From a virus, in the IMG/VR virus record IMGVR_UViG_3300027419_000013, positions 1 to 41,657 of that record: 41,657 nt of DNA; one strand, written 5' to 3'. Shown piece after piece: positions 40,703 to 41,657 of this stretch. The notes under the pieces were generated by a model. The model searched no databases. It was not told the origin of the DNA and saw nothing but the letters and a program-made list of their open reading frames with translations. Position numbers and translations under genes: made by a program. Every line of letters begins with the position of its first letter. Position 1 is the stretch's first letter.

Positions 40703-41104
40703 TTAGATTGTTTTTGTCCCATGTTTATACGCTGATTTAATTAACATCAGTTCTTCGTACATAGCTTGTAGGTCGAATGTTTTGTAATGGGTTGTGGTGC
40801 GGTGCAACTGTACGAGCTCTTCGTACATCTCTTTACCAAAGTGTTTGAGAAACCAGAGGGTGTATTTTTCCGGGTGCATCTCGTGAGAAAAGTTATCCGC
40901 CCAGCACTGACAGTTACAGTTAATCAGGTTCCACCTCGTAGCGTAAGCTCCCCTGGTAAGCAGGTGTCCGCAGCCCAGTTTCTCTTTACTCCCGCACACT
41001 ACGCACTGTCCGTCCCTTGCCACTACTATCTCGCTCACTAATTTATCGAGCTTCTTGATCCAACCTTTTCTTGTGGTCCTGTCTTTTCTTAATTTGTTAA
41101 TCAT
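40703..41104 (-). CDS. ninG: NinG/Rap-like recombination protein
   Basis: 'KLVSEIVVARDGQCVVCGSKEKLGCGHLLTRGAYATRWNLINCNCQCWADN' matches the NinG-family CxxC...GH...R...N...C.C pattern. Confidence 0.7.
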   Translation of the reverse strand: MINKLRKDRTTRKGWIKKLDKLVSEIVVARDGQCVVCGSKEKLGCGHLLTRGAYATRWNLINCNCQCWADNFSHEMHPEKYTLWFLKHFGKEMYEELVQLHRTTTHYKTFDLQAMYEELMLIKSAYKHGTKTI

Positions 41105-41262
41105 ACTTTGAAATTATTGGGTAAATTGGTAAACCCGTTGGCTTTAAGTAACTTCAGAACCGTAGGGGGAGAGCAACCGATAATCCCGGCAATAACGGGA
41201 GGGGAGTGGCCTCTGGCTCTTAATTTAATGGCTTGTGTTTTTTGTATTTCAGTTAGAATCAT
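41101..41262 (-). CDS. small HTH DNA-binding protein (53 aa, below the ORF-track cutoff)
   Basis: Hand translation: MILTEIQKTQAIKLRARGHSPPVIAGIIGCSPPTVLKLLKANGFTNLPNNFKV, a resolvase/HTH_23-like helix-turn-helix. ATGA overlaps at both ends. Confidence 0.55.
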   Translation of the reverse strand: MILTEIQKTQAIKLRARGHSPPVIAGIIGCSPPTVLKLLKANGFTNLPNNFKV

Positions 41263-41657
41263 TTACACTCCTTGCGTAATATGGGACCCCAGTTATTACC
41301 CCTGTTATTGGCGAGTGCCCAGGCGGTTGTCTGGATTGAAGACTCCATGTCGTAACGTGAACCTCTTTCAACTCCCATTAGCTTACGAAACTGATTCCAG
41401 GTTGCTTGATGAAATTGAAGCGGTCCTCCGGCGAGTCCTCCGTCACCGTGCCCCTTATTCGACCCATACCCTGATTCTCTGAACAGTAAACAGTGTAAAA
41501 GGACTTTGATATGATTTCGTTGAGAGTTAGTCTTGCCGTACTTCTCGGAATACTCACTCACCCAGGAGTCTATTGTTTCCGGAGCGGGTAAGAGTTCTCC
41601 AACTAGGGGCTCGTGTAAGGGCGTTTCTCGTAATGCTTTAATCTTTGGAGCCCAGAT
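41259..41657 (-). CDS. lytic transglycosylase (SLT/lysozyme-like domain); the 5' end runs off the window in this copy
   Basis: 'FRESGYGSNKGHGDGGLAGGPLQFHQATW' matches the SLT-type catalytic Glu-Ser and G-L-x-Q motif pattern. The frame stays open to the window end. The stop overlaps the next start (ATGA at 41259-41262). Confidence 0.75.
   Translation of the reverse strand: MWAPKIKALRETPLHEPLVGELLPAPETIDSWVSEYSEKYGKTNSQRNHIKVLLHCLLFRESGYGSNKGHGDGGLAGGPLQFHQATWNQFRKLMGVERGSRYDMESSIQTTAWALANNRGNNWGPILRKECK
41531..41657. repeat. 127-bp exact direct terminal repeat, copy 2
   Basis: Identical to 1..127. It lies entirely inside a minus-strand ORF that reads through the junction. Confidence 0.97.

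Noticed and set aside
1-41657. Search by eye for tRNA, rRNA, CRISPR arrays, IS elements or integrase/att sites
   Set aside because: None was found. I saw no cloverleaf-like segments in the few non-coding gaps, no repeat-spacer arrays and no transposase or recombinase motifs. tRNAscan/Aragorn would be needed for a definitive negative.

Overview
The window is a complete, circularly closed bacteriophage genome. Bases 1-127 are identical to 41531-41657, so the unique length is 41,530 bp. All convincing genes except one are on the minus strand. They are tightly packed, with more than 20 ATGA start/stop overlaps, and are punctuated by a family of eight intrinsic terminators of the form GC hairpin plus T7. 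Reading the minus strand from high to low coordinates: (1) an early region of small, often zinc-ribbon proteins, including a NinG-like protein and a pentapeptide-repeat protein; (2) small and large terminase, portal, scaffold and a DUF5309-like major capsid protein; (3) a terminator-insulated 9.2-kb island of glycosyltransferases, SAM methyltransferases and NDP-sugar-modifying enzymes, about 22% of the genome; (4) tail-fibre and tail genes, including a highly repetitive fibre and two LamG-domain paralogs; (5) two large putative internal virion proteins; (6) a lysis cassette with a CHAP endolysin; (7) a metallophosphoesterase, two HNH nucleases and small DNA-binding proteins; (8) a membrane-anchored SLT transglycosylase whose gene spans the contig junction. 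I could not recognise a DNA polymerase, primase, helicase, integrase, tRNA or CRISPR array. There is no sheath, tail-tube or tape-measure signature, so a podovirus-like virion is likely, but this rests on gene position only. Strong AAGGAGGTG Shine-Dalgarno sites, U7 terminators and the CHAP lysin suggest a Gram-positive-type host (weak inference). The most unusual feature is the glycan-synthesis and glycosylation island inside the virion late region.
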